Positions 1-11,100 of a DNA stretch of 64,000 nt are shown here, one piece after another; the stretch's first letter is position 1, and each line of letters starts with the position of its first letter. The DNA lies in NCBI GenBank assembly GCA_963665665.1, contig OY762428.1, positions 5,120,001 through 5,184,000 of the forward strand, given 5' to 3'. Made by a program: the position numbers and the translations under genes. The notes below the pieces were generated by a model that worked only from the letters and a program-made list of their open reading frames with translations, did no database searches and was not told the DNA's origin. The DNA comes from Candidatus Kapaibacterium sp. (lineage in GTDB: Bacteria; Bacteroidota; Ignavibacteria; Kapaibacteriales; UBA2268).

Positions 1-1896
1 CTTGATTATAAAGCCAATGTTTGATGAAATAAATCCATTCCCCTGGCTTACTTTACTTTCAAAATAAAGTTTACCTGTTTTGAATGCGTTCTCTTTCGGG
101 AGGCCATCAATTTTGAATTTATCAGCAGGGTAGATAACATTTACATTTTTCTGAACGGTTTCAGGATAGCTGAAAACTATGGGATATTTTCTTTCATCTT
201 TTTGAATAAGGGATTTCATATAGCCGAAGAAATTAAAAACATCGAAATTCAGCATTACCAATGATCCTTGATTCTCGACAATTTTATCAGAATTCATTGT
301 AAAGCTTATCTCGAATATTTCGTCCAATGAATCAGGTTCCGTGAATTTCAGGTCTGTAATACCAGCTGAAATATCATCATTGAAGAAAAGGTCCTTTATT
401 TCGGTTACAATATCTTCTTCCTTTTCATCATCCATCCGGTAACGTATAAGGTAATTCCACTCCCCGAAAAAAATTGATTTTACTTTTACTTCGGAATTAC
501 CATTTTCATCAATATTCACATTTATATCAACAATCCTTTTATTTTCTTCGCATTTGGATTTTCCAATGGTGTAGAACAGGGAAGAGCCGTTATCAAGAAT
601 TACCAGGGCAGGAAGTCCTTCAATATAGAAAGGAATATCCTGTACGTTCTGATAATCCAGCGAAGGATCAAGCCATAGTTCCTTTTTATCTTTGGTTTTC
701 ACATAAGTAATCATCCTGGAAAATTTCCATTCCGGGAATCCTTCATCAATTTTCTGCTCGTCATCAGTTCTCAGCATTGCAGGATAGGCTTTTATATCCA
801 TTGATTTCAGAAGTGTGATAAGAAGAAGATTCTTTTCAAATCTTTCTCCGAATTCTCTCTCAATTATTGTTTTGGGTGAGGTCATATAATACATATCATC
901 TGAATCGATGGTTTTTTCAGTTTTCATTTTCCTGACATAATGGAAAAGGTTTGCAATTTTGGTTTCTTCACTGTCAGTACTGTCACAGAGCTCCAAGGCC
1001 TTGTACTTAACAGAATCAGTATTTTCAAGGTGTTCTTTCATTTCGCCATTCCAGAAACCTTTGGAAAGCATATTCCAGCTTTTGTAATATTTAGGAACAT
1101 AAACGATATTTGCCCTGTGATTAAGATGCGCCGACATCATTTTCTCCGGTTTGAAAGCAGGGATTTTTTTGTAAATCCAGTTAATGCATTCTTTGCTTCC
1201 TTCCACTTCGGGCTGGGGGAACTGTTTATAATCGAGTTCACTTTGTTCTGTTTTCCACAAGAAACCACTTTGAATCCGCATTGCTTTCCAATTATTCGAG
1301 GATGACAGTTTAAAATGTGAATACAATTTTGGCTCGTCATAGTTCTGTACATAAAAACGGCCCGACCCGTAAACACTTGTCCACTTCAACTTCAGTGTAA
1401 ATTCAATTATGCTGCCTTCCACAAGATTAGGGAAATTAAGTGTATAATTTGTCTCGCGGAAACCACTTCTTTCCACTACAACTTCATTACTAATAACGTC
1501 TTTGGGCCCAAGAACATAAACCGTACCATCAGGATGGATAACTCTTGCACCTGCTGCGATCAATTCGTCATATTCGTCAATCGTGTATGATGTTTCAGAA
1601 TATTCTTCAATATTTTTAAAAACCTTTTTTACCCAGTGAATTGTAGTTATGGAACTGAACATACCCTCGAAAGTTACCGCATCAGGATTAACTTCAAGGA
1701 AGCGCTCGCGGAATTCATAAAGAATTACGGCGTCGGCGTTTGGATAGTCCTCTGCGTCGGGGTATTCGTCAATTTCAGCAAGTTCAAGGATATTTTCTTT
1801 GCTGATAAATTCGGCTTTTTCTTCGCCACAGGAAAGGAAGAAAAATGATAGTGATGTAATTAATATTATATTCAGTATGATTAGGGCATATTTCAT
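1..1896 (-). CDS. DUF3857/transglutaminase-like lipoprotein; stop codon lies beyond the left window edge
   Basis: Spot-translated by hand, not in the ORF track. Start MKYALIILNIILITSLSFFFLSC (lipobox Cys; alternative ATG at 1908). Segment GERFEKNLLLITLLKSMDIKAYPAML parallels the transglutaminase core of 1928..3880. Reads ...IGFIIK at position 1. Confidence 0.8.
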   Translation of the reverse strand, partial: MKYALIILNIILITSLSFFFLSCGEEKAEFISKENILELAEIDEYPDAEDYPNADAVILYEFRERFLEVNPDAVTFEGMFSSITTIHWVKKVFKNIEEYSETSYTIDEYDELIAAGARVIHPDGTVYVLGPKDVISNEVVVERSGFRETNYTLNFPNLVEGSIIEFTLKLKWTSVYGSGRFYVQNYDEPKLYSHFKLSSSNNWKAMRIQSGFLWKTEQSELDYKQFPQPEVEGSKECINWIYKKIPAFKPEKMMSAHLNHRANIVYVPKYYKSWNMLSKGFWNGEMKEHLENTDSVKYKALELCDSTDSEETKIANLFHYVRKMKTEKTIDSDDMYYMTSPKTIIEREFGERFEKNLLLITLLKSMDIKAYPAMLRTDDEQKIDEGFPEWKFSRMITYVKTKDKKELWLDPSLDYQNVQDIPFYIEGLPALVILDNGSSLFYTIGKSKCEENKRIVDINVNIDENGNSEVKVKSIFFGEWNYLIRYRMDDEKEEDIVTEIKDLFFNDDISAGITDLKFTEPDSLDEIFEISFTMNSDKIVENQGSLVMLNFDVFNFFGYMKSLIQKDERKYPIVFSYPETVQKNVNVIYPADKFKIDGLPKENAFKTGKLYFESKVSQGNGFISSNIGFIIK

Positions 1897-1927
1897 GATA
1901 TTATCCATATAAATGTTTGTTAAATTA

Positions 1928-3880
1928 TTACTTTTTAAATATTATGCTTCCTGCTGACAGTTCAGAGGATTTTTTGTAAAAATCCCTTAAGCTGTCAAAT
2001 TCGGAGGATTTAAAATCAGATATGTTCCTGACAAAGCTTTCTGAAACTTTAATTGTTCCCGGTTCAAAAGTTGATTTATAATGATAATTGAGGCCTTTAT
2101 AATCAATGTTTTTATCAATTTTTGATGATTCCGGGTGAATAATTTCAGAAGGGTAATGAATGTTTACCTGATTAAAAATGGAAACATTACCTTCGAAATC
2201 AATATCGTGAATACGTTTGTCTTTATCCAGCCAGTCAAGGTTCCCGAGGATATCAACAACAGATGTATTAATTATCAGGTAATCGCCACTTAATTTAATA
2301 AAGTTATCGGCTGTACATGTAAATTCCACTTCGAAAGGTTTGTCTACCGAATCAAGGGACGAATAAATGAATTCTTCCGGTTTTACATTCAAGGATGAAC
2401 CCGACAGAATACCCTTTACCATTTTTTCCTCGTATTCATCCTTAAAATCCTCATAAAAATTTCTTATTGAAGCAGCTATGCCATTGTAATATCTCGTTTT
2501 CATTTTGAATTTTACATTCTCACTTTTATCTACCGAGATATCAATGAAATATTCAATTTTATTTTCATTTGCCGGGCAGTTAGGAATGTCTTTTACAATA
2601 CAATTATTTTCATCTTTCAACACCAGGACTTTAATTCCCTGGTCCATATCCGGCAGTGTACCGAGCGGATGATATTTGGCTGTTCCGTCCAGAAAAATTT
2701 CCTGTCCGTCCTTTGTTTCTACCATTGTAATAACATGATTGAAATATGAATTTACAAGTTCAGGATTTAAGTCGAAGCTTCCTTTTGTTGGCACTAAAAC
2801 CGGATAAGCCTTTATTCCTTTGCTTTTTAGCAGTGACGTCAGAAGGCAGGCTTTGTCCTTGCAATCTCCATAATCTCTTTCAATTACCCTGTCGCAAGGT
2901 GTGGGTGTATTGCCTCCATCTTCGAAACTGATATCATTGTAGCGAATTTCACGAACATATTTATAAATGGCATTGATTTTCTCCATTTCCGATTTGCAAT
3001 CTGTGGTAAGTTTATCGGCGATTTCCTGTACCTTCGGAGTTGCTTTTGCATTCGGGAGAAAACGTTCTTTCAGGTAAATACCATAAACATTCTCCCATTT
3101 CGAAACCGGGGCTAATGTAAAATTAATATGTGGCTTTGTGAAAGTTACAGTAGGCATATATGGTTCATATTCCATGCATTCCATATTTCTTATCTTAATG
3201 TCCAGATAAGACCTGCTACCGGCACTACCGCTTGTTTTATTTATATTATCAAATTCCTTATTATCCAAGGAATATATTATTCCTTTTTTTCCGGGAATCA
3301 TTTCATCCCAGCCTGCTGGATAGTCGTAATGATAATGTTGATAAATAATTGGAAATCCGAATTGTTGGAAAGAATTGTAATTTCTGAATTCCAAAGAATT
3401 CTCGGAAGTTTCGAAAAATACTTCCACAAGACAGCCGGGTTCCATATCGGTTAATCTGACAGCATAACTTTGCCATTTTTCCTTGTAATCACCAAAATTA
3501 ACATCTGATTTTACAGCCATATCGCTGCTGATCTCATATTCACTTCCGTCATTCTTGATTACCCGGGCATTAAAAGCGGTTATTTTTTTTCTTGGGGTAG
3601 TTGTATATGTGAGAACTGAATGATCGGAGAGATTTTTAAATACTCTTTTTACATAATGCCATCTTGAAGTGCTTACAAGATTATCACCATTTCTATCGAA
3701 TGAAACCTGATAATCGTCATAGAGCATTACTGCATCACAATCGGGATAATCTTCCTGCTCCGGAAGTTTTTCCGTTCCGATAATGTTCAGAAGCTCGTTT
3801 CTTTCCAGAAATTCTCCTCCTTTACATCCAAAACTAATTGTAATCAATGTAAATATTAATATCCTCAACAAAAAGGACAT
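1928..3880 (-). CDS. DUF3857 and transglutaminase domain lipoprotein
   Basis: 650 aa; lipobox ISFGC; GDCKDKACLL, FNHVI and LDGT triad motifs. Confidence 0.85.
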   Translation of the reverse strand: MSFLLRILIFTLITISFGCKGGEFLERNELLNIIGTEKLPEQEDYPDCDAVMLYDDYQVSFDRNGDNLVSTSRWHYVKRVFKNLSDHSVLTYTTTPRKKITAFNARVIKNDGSEYEISSDMAVKSDVNFGDYKEKWQSYAVRLTDMEPGCLVEVFFETSENSLEFRNYNSFQQFGFPIIYQHYHYDYPAGWDEMIPGKKGIIYSLDNKEFDNINKTSGSAGSRSYLDIKIRNMECMEYEPYMPTVTFTKPHINFTLAPVSKWENVYGIYLKERFLPNAKATPKVQEIADKLTTDCKSEMEKINAIYKYVREIRYNDISFEDGGNTPTPCDRVIERDYGDCKDKACLLTSLLKSKGIKAYPVLVPTKGSFDLNPELVNSYFNHVITMVETKDGQEIFLDGTAKYHPLGTLPDMDQGIKVLVLKDENNCIVKDIPNCPANENKIEYFIDISVDKSENVKFKMKTRYYNGIAASIRNFYEDFKDEYEEKMVKGILSGSSLNVKPEEFIYSSLDSVDKPFEVEFTCTADNFIKLSGDYLIINTSVVDILGNLDWLDKDKRIHDIDFEGNVSIFNQVNIHYPSEIIHPESSKIDKNIDYKGLNYHYKSTFEPGTIKVSESFVRNISDFKSSEFDSLRDFYKKSSELSAGSIIFKK

Positions 3881-3963
3881 AAGATGCCTCCACCAATATT
3901 AGCAAAAATATTTTATTTTTTCCAACAGGAATAGAATTCCCAAGCGTACTTTCATAATTTAAT

Positions 3964-3997
3964 AAAAAATCCGGAATTTTGAAAAAAATTCCGGATT
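3964..3997 (-). terminator. Intrinsic terminator after meaB
   Basis: ATCCGGAATTTT/AAAATTCCGGAT stem followed by a T run on the minus strand. Confidence 0.65.
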
Positions 3998-4028
3998 CTA
4001 ACATGATTATCTATACAAAGTGTTGTTA

Positions 4029-5132
4029 TTACTGTTTCAATATCTTAGTTAGTTCAATAACTGCATTTGTTGCCGTCATGTCACCGTTAAGAACAGATTT
4101 TTCAATTCCGGGAGTGATATTTTTAATATGATCGGAATTATAAAACCAATTTCTTAGCGATTCTTCAACCATCGAGTAAACCCAGTCAAGCATCTGCTGT
4201 TTACGCCTGCTTTCGAAAATATCGTTTTCTTTAGTGAATGCAATAAATTCCTTCACTGTTTCCCAAATTTCAAAAACGCCCTTCTTTTCAATTGAAGAGC
4301 AGGTCTGGACTTTAGGAATCCATCCTTCCGTATAGGATTTCAGCAGGTGCAGGGCATTCCTGTATGAATCGGCAGTCATGTCAGCGTAGTACTTATTCTT
4401 TCCGTCGGCTTTATTCACAATCAAAGTATCAGAAAGCTCTACTGTTCCTTTCTTTATTCCCTGGAGTTCATCGCCACCACCCGGAAGAAGTACCAGCATA
4501 AACATATCAACCATAGAGCGTACCGTAGTTTCGCTCTGCCCGACTCCTACCGTTTCAATTAAAATAATATCATACCCGGCCGCTTCGCATACAAGGGCAG
4601 TTTCCCTTGTTTTCCTGGCAACACCGCCGAGAGTACCGCCGGAAGGAGAGGGGCGTATAAATGCATTCTTCTCGCGGGAAAGTATCTCCATCCTGGTTTT
4701 ATCACCGAGAATAGAGCCCCTGGAAAGTGTACTGCTCGGGTCAATTGCCAAAACAGCTACTTTATGGCCATCATCACAAAGGTATTTCCCCAGAGCTTCG
4801 ATAAAAGTGCTTTTGCCGGCACCCGGAGCGCCGGTTATCCCAATCCTGATTGATTTACCGGTGTGGGGGAGAAGCTCTTTAAGAACTTCCTGGGCCTTTT
4901 GTATATGTATATCGGAATTGCTTTCGACAAGGGTTATTGTCCTGGCAAGAACCGAGCGATCTGATTTCAGTACTCCGTCCACAAAATCTGATGTTTGTAA
5001 TTGCCTGCGTGCTGTTTTTATATTCGAACTGACTTTAACAACATCATTAATACCGGGCATAACGGAACTTGTAAATTCCTTTCCGTGCTCATCCGGTACC
5101 CATTCCGGTTTTTTATTTTTTTCCTTTGCCAT
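4029..5132 (-). CDS. meaB: Methylmalonyl-CoA mutase-associated GTPase MeaB (ArgK family)
   Basis: GAPGAGKST, IDPSS, GSILGDKTRM, ETVGVGQSE, NKAD motifs. Confidence 0.93.
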   Translation of the reverse strand: MAKEKNKKPEWVPDEHGKEFTSSVMPGINDVVKVSSNIKTARRQLQTSDFVDGVLKSDRSVLARTITLVESNSDIHIQKAQEVLKELLPHTGKSIRIGITGAPGAGKSTFIEALGKYLCDDGHKVAVLAIDPSSTLSRGSILGDKTRMEILSREKNAFIRPSPSGGTLGGVARKTRETALVCEAAGYDIILIETVGVGQSETTVRSMVDMFMLVLLPGGGDELQGIKKGTVELSDTLIVNKADGKNKYYADMTADSYRNALHLLKSYTEGWIPKVQTCSSIEKKGVFEIWETVKEFIAFTKENDIFESRRKQQMLDWVYSMVEESLRNWFYNSDHIKNITPGIEKSVLNGDMTATNAVIELTKILKQ

Positions 5133-5142
5133 TGCTCATAAC

Positions 5143-7512
5143 TCATATTTCTACAATTGTAACTCCGGAACCGCCTTCTACAATTTGTCCGTCCCTGAAG
5201 GATTTTATCCCGCTTTGCTGCTTCAGGTAATCCTGAACAGCTTTTCTTAATGCTCCGGTTCCTTTTCCATGAACTATTGTCAGAATATTCAGGCTGCTGC
5301 TAACAAGCGCGTCACCAATGAAAATGTCCAGTTCGCGCAGTGCTGCTTCTGCTCTCATCCCGCGTATGTCCAGTTTGGATTCTACATCAAACCTTATATG
5401 GTCAGTTTTTGAACTGGTTTTTATCTGTTTTTCCTTAACTAGTACAGGGGAAAGCTTGTCGGTTGAAACTCTGAATTTCAATCCGTTGAAATCAACCACT
5501 GCAAATTTGCCGTTTTCGTCAATTTCAATTATGGAACCAATCGAATCGGAATCGTCCATTGTAACGCTGCCGCCTTTTTCAAGTTTCAGCTTTGGCTTGG
5601 CATTTCCTGGTTTTCGATTTTCAGCGTTTACGCTTTTTTGGATTTTTTCCTTTTTCAGGTTGAACTCTTTCTTTACATCTTTGAAAGATTTCTTTTCTTC
5701 CTGAATATCCCGTATCGCTTTTTCAATTGCCGCGTTGGCATTATCAACAATTTCCGAAGCTTTTTCTTTTGCTTCGTTGATGTGTTCCTGTCTTGTCTGT
5801 TTTATCTCAGAGAATTTCTCTTCGAATTTTTTGCGAGCCTTATCAGCTTTTATCTTGTTTTTATTTGCTTCAATTTTCAAAGATTCTGCATCTGAAATAT
5901 GTTTCTGGAGAACAGAAATACTCTTTTCAAGTTCTTTTTGCTTGTTGCCAAGGTATTTTCTTGCTCTTTGCAGAACAAGCCTGCTCATACCCAGGTTTTC
6001 CGCGAGATGGAATGCATAGGAATTTCCTGGTATTCCGGGCAGGAATTTATATGTTGGCTTCAACTCATTTTCATTAAATTCGAGCGATGCATTGTCAATT
6101 TCTTTCCTGTTCAGAGCATAGGTTTTAAGAGATGACTGGTGTGTTGTAGCCACAAAAAATACCTTCAATTCAAGAAATGTATCCAGGATACCCGCTGCAA
6201 GTGCAGCACCTTCCTGAGGATCAGTTCCCGATCCTATCTCGTCAACAAGGATAAGAGAATTGCTGTCCGTTTCATCGAGAATTTGTTTCAACTGATACAT
6301 TTGGGAGCTGAAAGTACTCAGGTCATTTTCAATAGACTGATGGTCTCCGATGCAGGAATAAATATTGCAATAATTGGTATGTACTTCCCCGATCGGAAAA
6401 ACTCCGCTCAGAGCCAGTGCGATATTTAATCCCATGCTTTTTAGCGCAACTGTTTTACCACCGGCGTTTGGCCCTGAAATCAGATGGCCTCTCTTTTGTG
6501 TATCAAAATCAATATTCAGCGGGATTACTTTTTCGCGCCCCTTGGAGTGAACCAGAAGCGGATGCCGGATATCCCTCATATAAACCCTTTTGTCTTCAAC
6601 TATTTTTGGCTTGATACCTCCGAATTCAAGAGAGTATTTTGCCCTCCCTAGAATTGAATCAATATGAGCCATTATTTCAGCGGATCTCAGCAGGTCGTTA
6701 GCCTCATAGCCGATCTCTGATGTTAAATCCATCAGTATTTTTGCTATTTCCCTTTTTTCTTCGTTCAGAAGCAGGGATAGCTCGTTGTTTAGTTCGATTA
6801 TCTCCGCAGGTTCAAGAAAAACTGTAGCTCCGGTCTGAGACACTCCGTGTATGATACCGGATATATGTCTTTTATGTTCAGATTTCACGGGAAGAACAAA
6901 ACGCCCTTCGCGTAAGGTATAAAAGTCCTCACGGGCAAAATCCTCTTCAACCACCTTTTTCAATATGCGCTGAAGCCTTGCCCTGAGTTTATTTGATTTA
7001 TCATGTATAGATCTTCTTATTCTTTGAAGTTCCCGGGATGCCGTATCTCTGACTTCTCCAATATCATCAATCGAATCGGAAATATGTTTTTCAAGCAGAA
7101 GATTCTGATGGAGAGCTTCCACTTCATCAGTCATAACAGGATATTTGTGCTTTTTGTCGTCGAAGTATTTCTTTAACAACCTGGAAACTCTTGAAATTTC
7201 CTTAATTCTTAATATTTCCGTAGTAGAAAGTATTGAATTGGTTACTTTCGATTTATGCAGTGATTCCCGGACATCATGGAGGCCTTCAAGCGGTATCTCT
7301 GTTTCTTCGGCCATTATCTCGCATGTTTCTCCTATCAGGTCGTGTTCCCTGAGAAGGAAATATATTTCGTTGACGGGGCAGAGGCCTCGGATAATTTCCC
7401 TGCCCATTGATGATATACAATATTTTTCAACTTTTGCTAGTACTGATTCAAATTCAAGCTGTCTGAGAGCTTCCTTTTGTAATGATGTTAAACTGTCCCA
7501 GTTTTTATCCAT
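5143..7512 (-). CDS. mutS2: Endonuclease MutS2
   Basis: SGPNAGGKT, LSTFS, DEIGSGTDP, coiled coil, C-terminal Smr domain (LDIRGM...HGKGTGAL). Confidence 0.95.
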   Translation of the reverse strand: MDKNWDSLTSLQKEALRQLEFESVLAKVEKYCISSMGREIIRGLCPVNEIYFLLREHDLIGETCEIMAEETEIPLEGLHDVRESLHKSKVTNSILSTTEILRIKEISRVSRLLKKYFDDKKHKYPVMTDEVEALHQNLLLEKHISDSIDDIGEVRDTASRELQRIRRSIHDKSNKLRARLQRILKKVVEEDFAREDFYTLREGRFVLPVKSEHKRHISGIIHGVSQTGATVFLEPAEIIELNNELSLLLNEEKREIAKILMDLTSEIGYEANDLLRSAEIMAHIDSILGRAKYSLEFGGIKPKIVEDKRVYMRDIRHPLLVHSKGREKVIPLNIDFDTQKRGHLISGPNAGGKTVALKSMGLNIALALSGVFPIGEVHTNYCNIYSCIGDHQSIENDLSTFSSQMYQLKQILDETDSNSLILVDEIGSGTDPQEGAALAAGILDTFLELKVFFVATTHQSSLKTYALNRKEIDNASLEFNENELKPTYKFLPGIPGNSYAFHLAENLGMSRLVLQRARKYLGNKQKELEKSISVLQKHISDAESLKIEANKNKIKADKARKKFEEKFSEIKQTRQEHINEAKEKASEIVDNANAAIEKAIRDIQEEKKSFKDVKKEFNLKKEKIQKSVNAENRKPGNAKPKLKLEKGGSVTMDDSDSIGSIIEIDENGKFAVVDFNGLKFRVSTDKLSPVLVKEKQIKTSSKTDHIRFDVESKLDIRGMRAEAALRELDIFIGDALVSSSLNILTIVHGKGTGALRKAVQDYLKQQSGIKSFRDGQIVEGGSGVTIVEI

Positions 7513-7527
7513 TATATTAAAATTCCG

Positions 7528-7980
7528 TTATAATTCCTTTAAAGCATTTGTAACACATTGCTTAACAAGGGAACCGTCTGCTTTGTCCTTAAGCTCTTTC
7601 ATGCACACTCCCATCAGTTTGCCCATATCGGACATACCGGCAGCGCCAGTTTCGGCAACCTTGCTTTTCACAAATTCCATTATCGCTTCTTCCGACAATT
7701 GTTCCGGCAGGAACTCATTTATTATATCAAGTTCTTGCTGTTCTTTTTCAGCCAATTCTTCCCTGCCGCCTTTTTTATAAAGGTCAATGGCATCTTTTCG
7801 TTTTTTCGCGGCTGATTTCAATATTTTCATTGCTTCTTCTTCGCCAAGCTCCTTGTCGGTTCCGCTTTTCTTAAATTCAAGAATCGAGGCTCTGAGAGAT
7901 CTCATAGCATCGAGCCTGACTTTGTCGCCACTTTTCATGGCTTCTTTCATTTTTTCATTTACAATTGCTTCGATATTCAT
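7528..7980 (-). CDS. yqeY: GatB/YqeY domain protein
   Basis: MKEAMKSGDK...KKRKDAIDLY...FLPEQLSE...DMGKLMG...ADG pattern. Confidence 0.9.
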   Translation of the reverse strand: MNIEAIVNEKMKEAMKSGDKVRLDAMRSLRASILEFKKSGTDKELGEEEAMKILKSAAKKRKDAIDLYKKGGREELAEKEQQELDIINEFLPEQLSEEAIMEFVKSKVAETGAAGMSDMGKLMGVCMKELKDKADGSLVKQCVTNALKEL

Positions 7981-8145
7981 TTTCTTCTCCCTTTTTTATA
8001 AATTTCATTTTTATATAATTTCAAAATTAGTGTTTTCATTGGTAAGAATAAAATAATTAAGGCCGTCCTTTTCAATAATCAGTAATTTTTTTATCTCTGA
8101 GCTGATCTATTATTTAGGACGGCCTGTAAATTTGGACCGTTTAGA

Positions 8146-11100
8146 TTATTTAGAAATCACCAGCTGTGCTGAAGAACGGAATGGCCCTGAAATCATTTTA
8201 ATCATGTAAACACCCGATGATAATTCATCGATTGGCAGGTTCAATTCATATTTACCGGGAGAAAGCACTTCTTCAATCAGAACTCTCTCTGTTTTACCCA
8301 TTGTGTTTACAAGTTCGATAGTTGTATGAGCTTCAAGCCCGACAGAGAATTTTAGTGTTGATTTTTCAACTGCCGGATTTGGTGCCGGTGGAGCCAAATC
8401 GTAATCGTCACTGTTTATTGTGATAAGCCTTCCGTCGCGGAAACAGATATTAATAATTTCAGCTTCAGTTACTTTTTCGGCTGTTGTTTCACAATCCGAA
8501 TGAACAGGTTTCAGCATTACATCGCTTGTATCAGTATCACAAAGGAAATATTGCATGAACACATCGAACAAATGGCCGTCGAAAGATGTGTTTAAAGTTC
8601 CTGAACCAGAGATTGTAAGAGTTCCCGGTGATTCAACAAAAGGATCATTCCATGTCCAGTTACTAAGTTTGTTTTTAAACGATGAGCCTTCAACATGGTT
8701 GTAACTCAGCATTTCCGGATTATAAATTATCTGAAGTGTCATTTCAGTAAGTGGATTATTTGCAAGTTCCTGAATTTCTGCATATACCGAGAACTTACCA
8801 TACTTGCTTGGTTCTGCTGCCACAAGGTTGTCAGATACTGATAAGTGAATTATATCGCCTGTTCCTTTTAGTTCAGCGGTAAGCTCTTCATCAAAAGAAT
8901 TAACCAGGTGAAGGAAGCAGGAATAATCTCTATCCTCAGTCGGGCTGAATGAAACATGGAATGTGTTATCATCGCCACCCGGAACAGCAAAATCATCAGA
9001 AATAAATACTTCAAATGCTGTCGAGTCAGCTCCCGTGAAATAATAATCACTTACGATAAGTTCAGTTGATCCGCCGCTGTTAGTTACAGTAACAGGTATA
9101 TTCTGTACGGTAGTACAAAGCAGTGCCACGCCTGATTCAACAGGATTGGTAACTGCTACGCCAAGGGCATCGCAATTAGCTTCAACCAGATCAACCTGAG
9201 GGTATTCTTCCGCGCCTGTATTGGCATCGGATTTCACAATAATGTTCACAGTTCTTGTGCCAGCATCCTGAGGCGTGAAATCAACAGGAAAATCAAAGAA
9301 ATCTTCTTTATCAATAGTAACTCCGGCAGGTGCTGTACCACCGGGCCATGAGTAATCACTTGTTGCTGTTTCGAAAGCAAGGGATTCGATATATAAAGGA
9401 GCACTCTGGCTTGGATTTTCAATCCTGAGATATGCTGTTGATGTTTCGCCGGGTTTCACCGGATTATCGCATATCCAGGTAGGATTGATCTTTGGCAATA
9501 CGCCGGTTCCTTCAATAAGAACTTCCAGAGGTTCGTCCATTGATTCAATATCAATGACAACCGTGGCAGAATAATACCTTTCATCAACAGGTTTGAATGA
9601 TACCGGGATTTCGAATTTATCATTTGCATTTACTGTACCTGTTTCAGTATCAATAGTGAAATATGAATCGTCAGCTCCTCCTTTGAGAGAAATACTGTTT
9701 ATTGCAGCATTTAGAACTGAATTATTGTTAACAACCAATACGGAATCATAAGTACCAAGAACTTTTCTGTCTTCCCAGTTTATCGGAAGGGCAAGAATAT
9801 CAGCATTAATACCAACACCTATCAGATATGTTATTGGTTCCTGGCAGCCTTCGGGCATATTATAATTAATATAAGCCGACCTTGGGCCCGGAACTGTCGG
9901 AGTAAACCAAACCTGAAGGTCAACACATTCGCCAGCTTCAACAGGGAATGTTCCGCAAGGAGTTCCATCCGGGAAAGTAACTTTGAAATCGCCAGGGTTG
10001 TCGCCTTCTATTGTCGGCTGTATCCTGATAGTGGCTGGGTTAGTATTTTTAAATATACATGTTTCTATTTGTTTTTTTGTGAAACCTGTATTCTGAGTTC
10101 CCATATCAACAGTATCAACTGCCTGAGCAGAACAAACACCGTTACCTATCAGGTCGATACTGATGGATTCGGCACAATCACAATCAATTATCAGAGTTCC
10201 CTCGCGGACACCTGTTGCCTGTGGGGCAAAGCCAAATTCAAGATTCAGTTCGGACATGGCTTTCAGGTTAGTACCTGCAATATCCTGAAGTGTAAAGTCA
10301 CTGGAAGGGTTACCGTTTTTATCTACTATTCTGTATCCTTCGATTGTTTCATCAATATTTTTAATATTAGCAACAATTTGGTTAAATCCCACAGGGCAAT
10401 TATCGCCAAGAGTGCAATCGCCGAGATCAAGCGGGGAAGCTTCAGTGAATTCAAGTACCGGTTGAATGATATCAAAAGCCTCACTAATATCTTCCGAACC
10501 CGGAACACGGCCATATTTATTTACCCATGAATCGGTATTTGCCTCTCCATTAACAGTATGGTTACCAAAAGCAATACTGTTTGTGAAATTACCAGTCTGG
10601 AATCGGCTGCCTTCGGAATCATAGTCTGTATCAGAAGACCAGTCCGGATAGTCGGTATTTGATTTTTCCAGTCCGGAAAGCCTTAGGTCGGAATTGAATG
10701 TTGCGATGAAATAAGCCGGCCTGTCAGATCGGGGCAAGCTGTATCCCTGGTAATTGTATGTATTTAAATATTGTCCTTTAATAATTATTTCGTCTTTAAT
10801 AGTGTCAATCTTTATTCTTAACCCGCGTGCTTCAAATTTTGTATAAACATCAATTGCACCAAGCAGAGTTACTTTTGGATAACCACCACCGGCGGGATAT
10901 CTTGCTACATAGCAATAGGGAACTCCTGCTTCCTGAATATTTGGTGTGATCGTTCCAAATTGTGCGCCCTGATAGCAAATTCCAGTTACGAAAGCATTCC
11001 CCATTTTATCAACACAAACACCCATAGCAGAATCATTTCCGTCGCGTCCTCCGGCTCTGTCAGACCAAACAAAGCCGCCTTCCTGGGTATCGAACTTGCT

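Noticed and set aside
474-1848. Short ORF-track entries at the left end and other antisense ORFs throughout the window
   Set aside because: They are shadows of longer, motif-supported genes on the opposite strand or in another frame.
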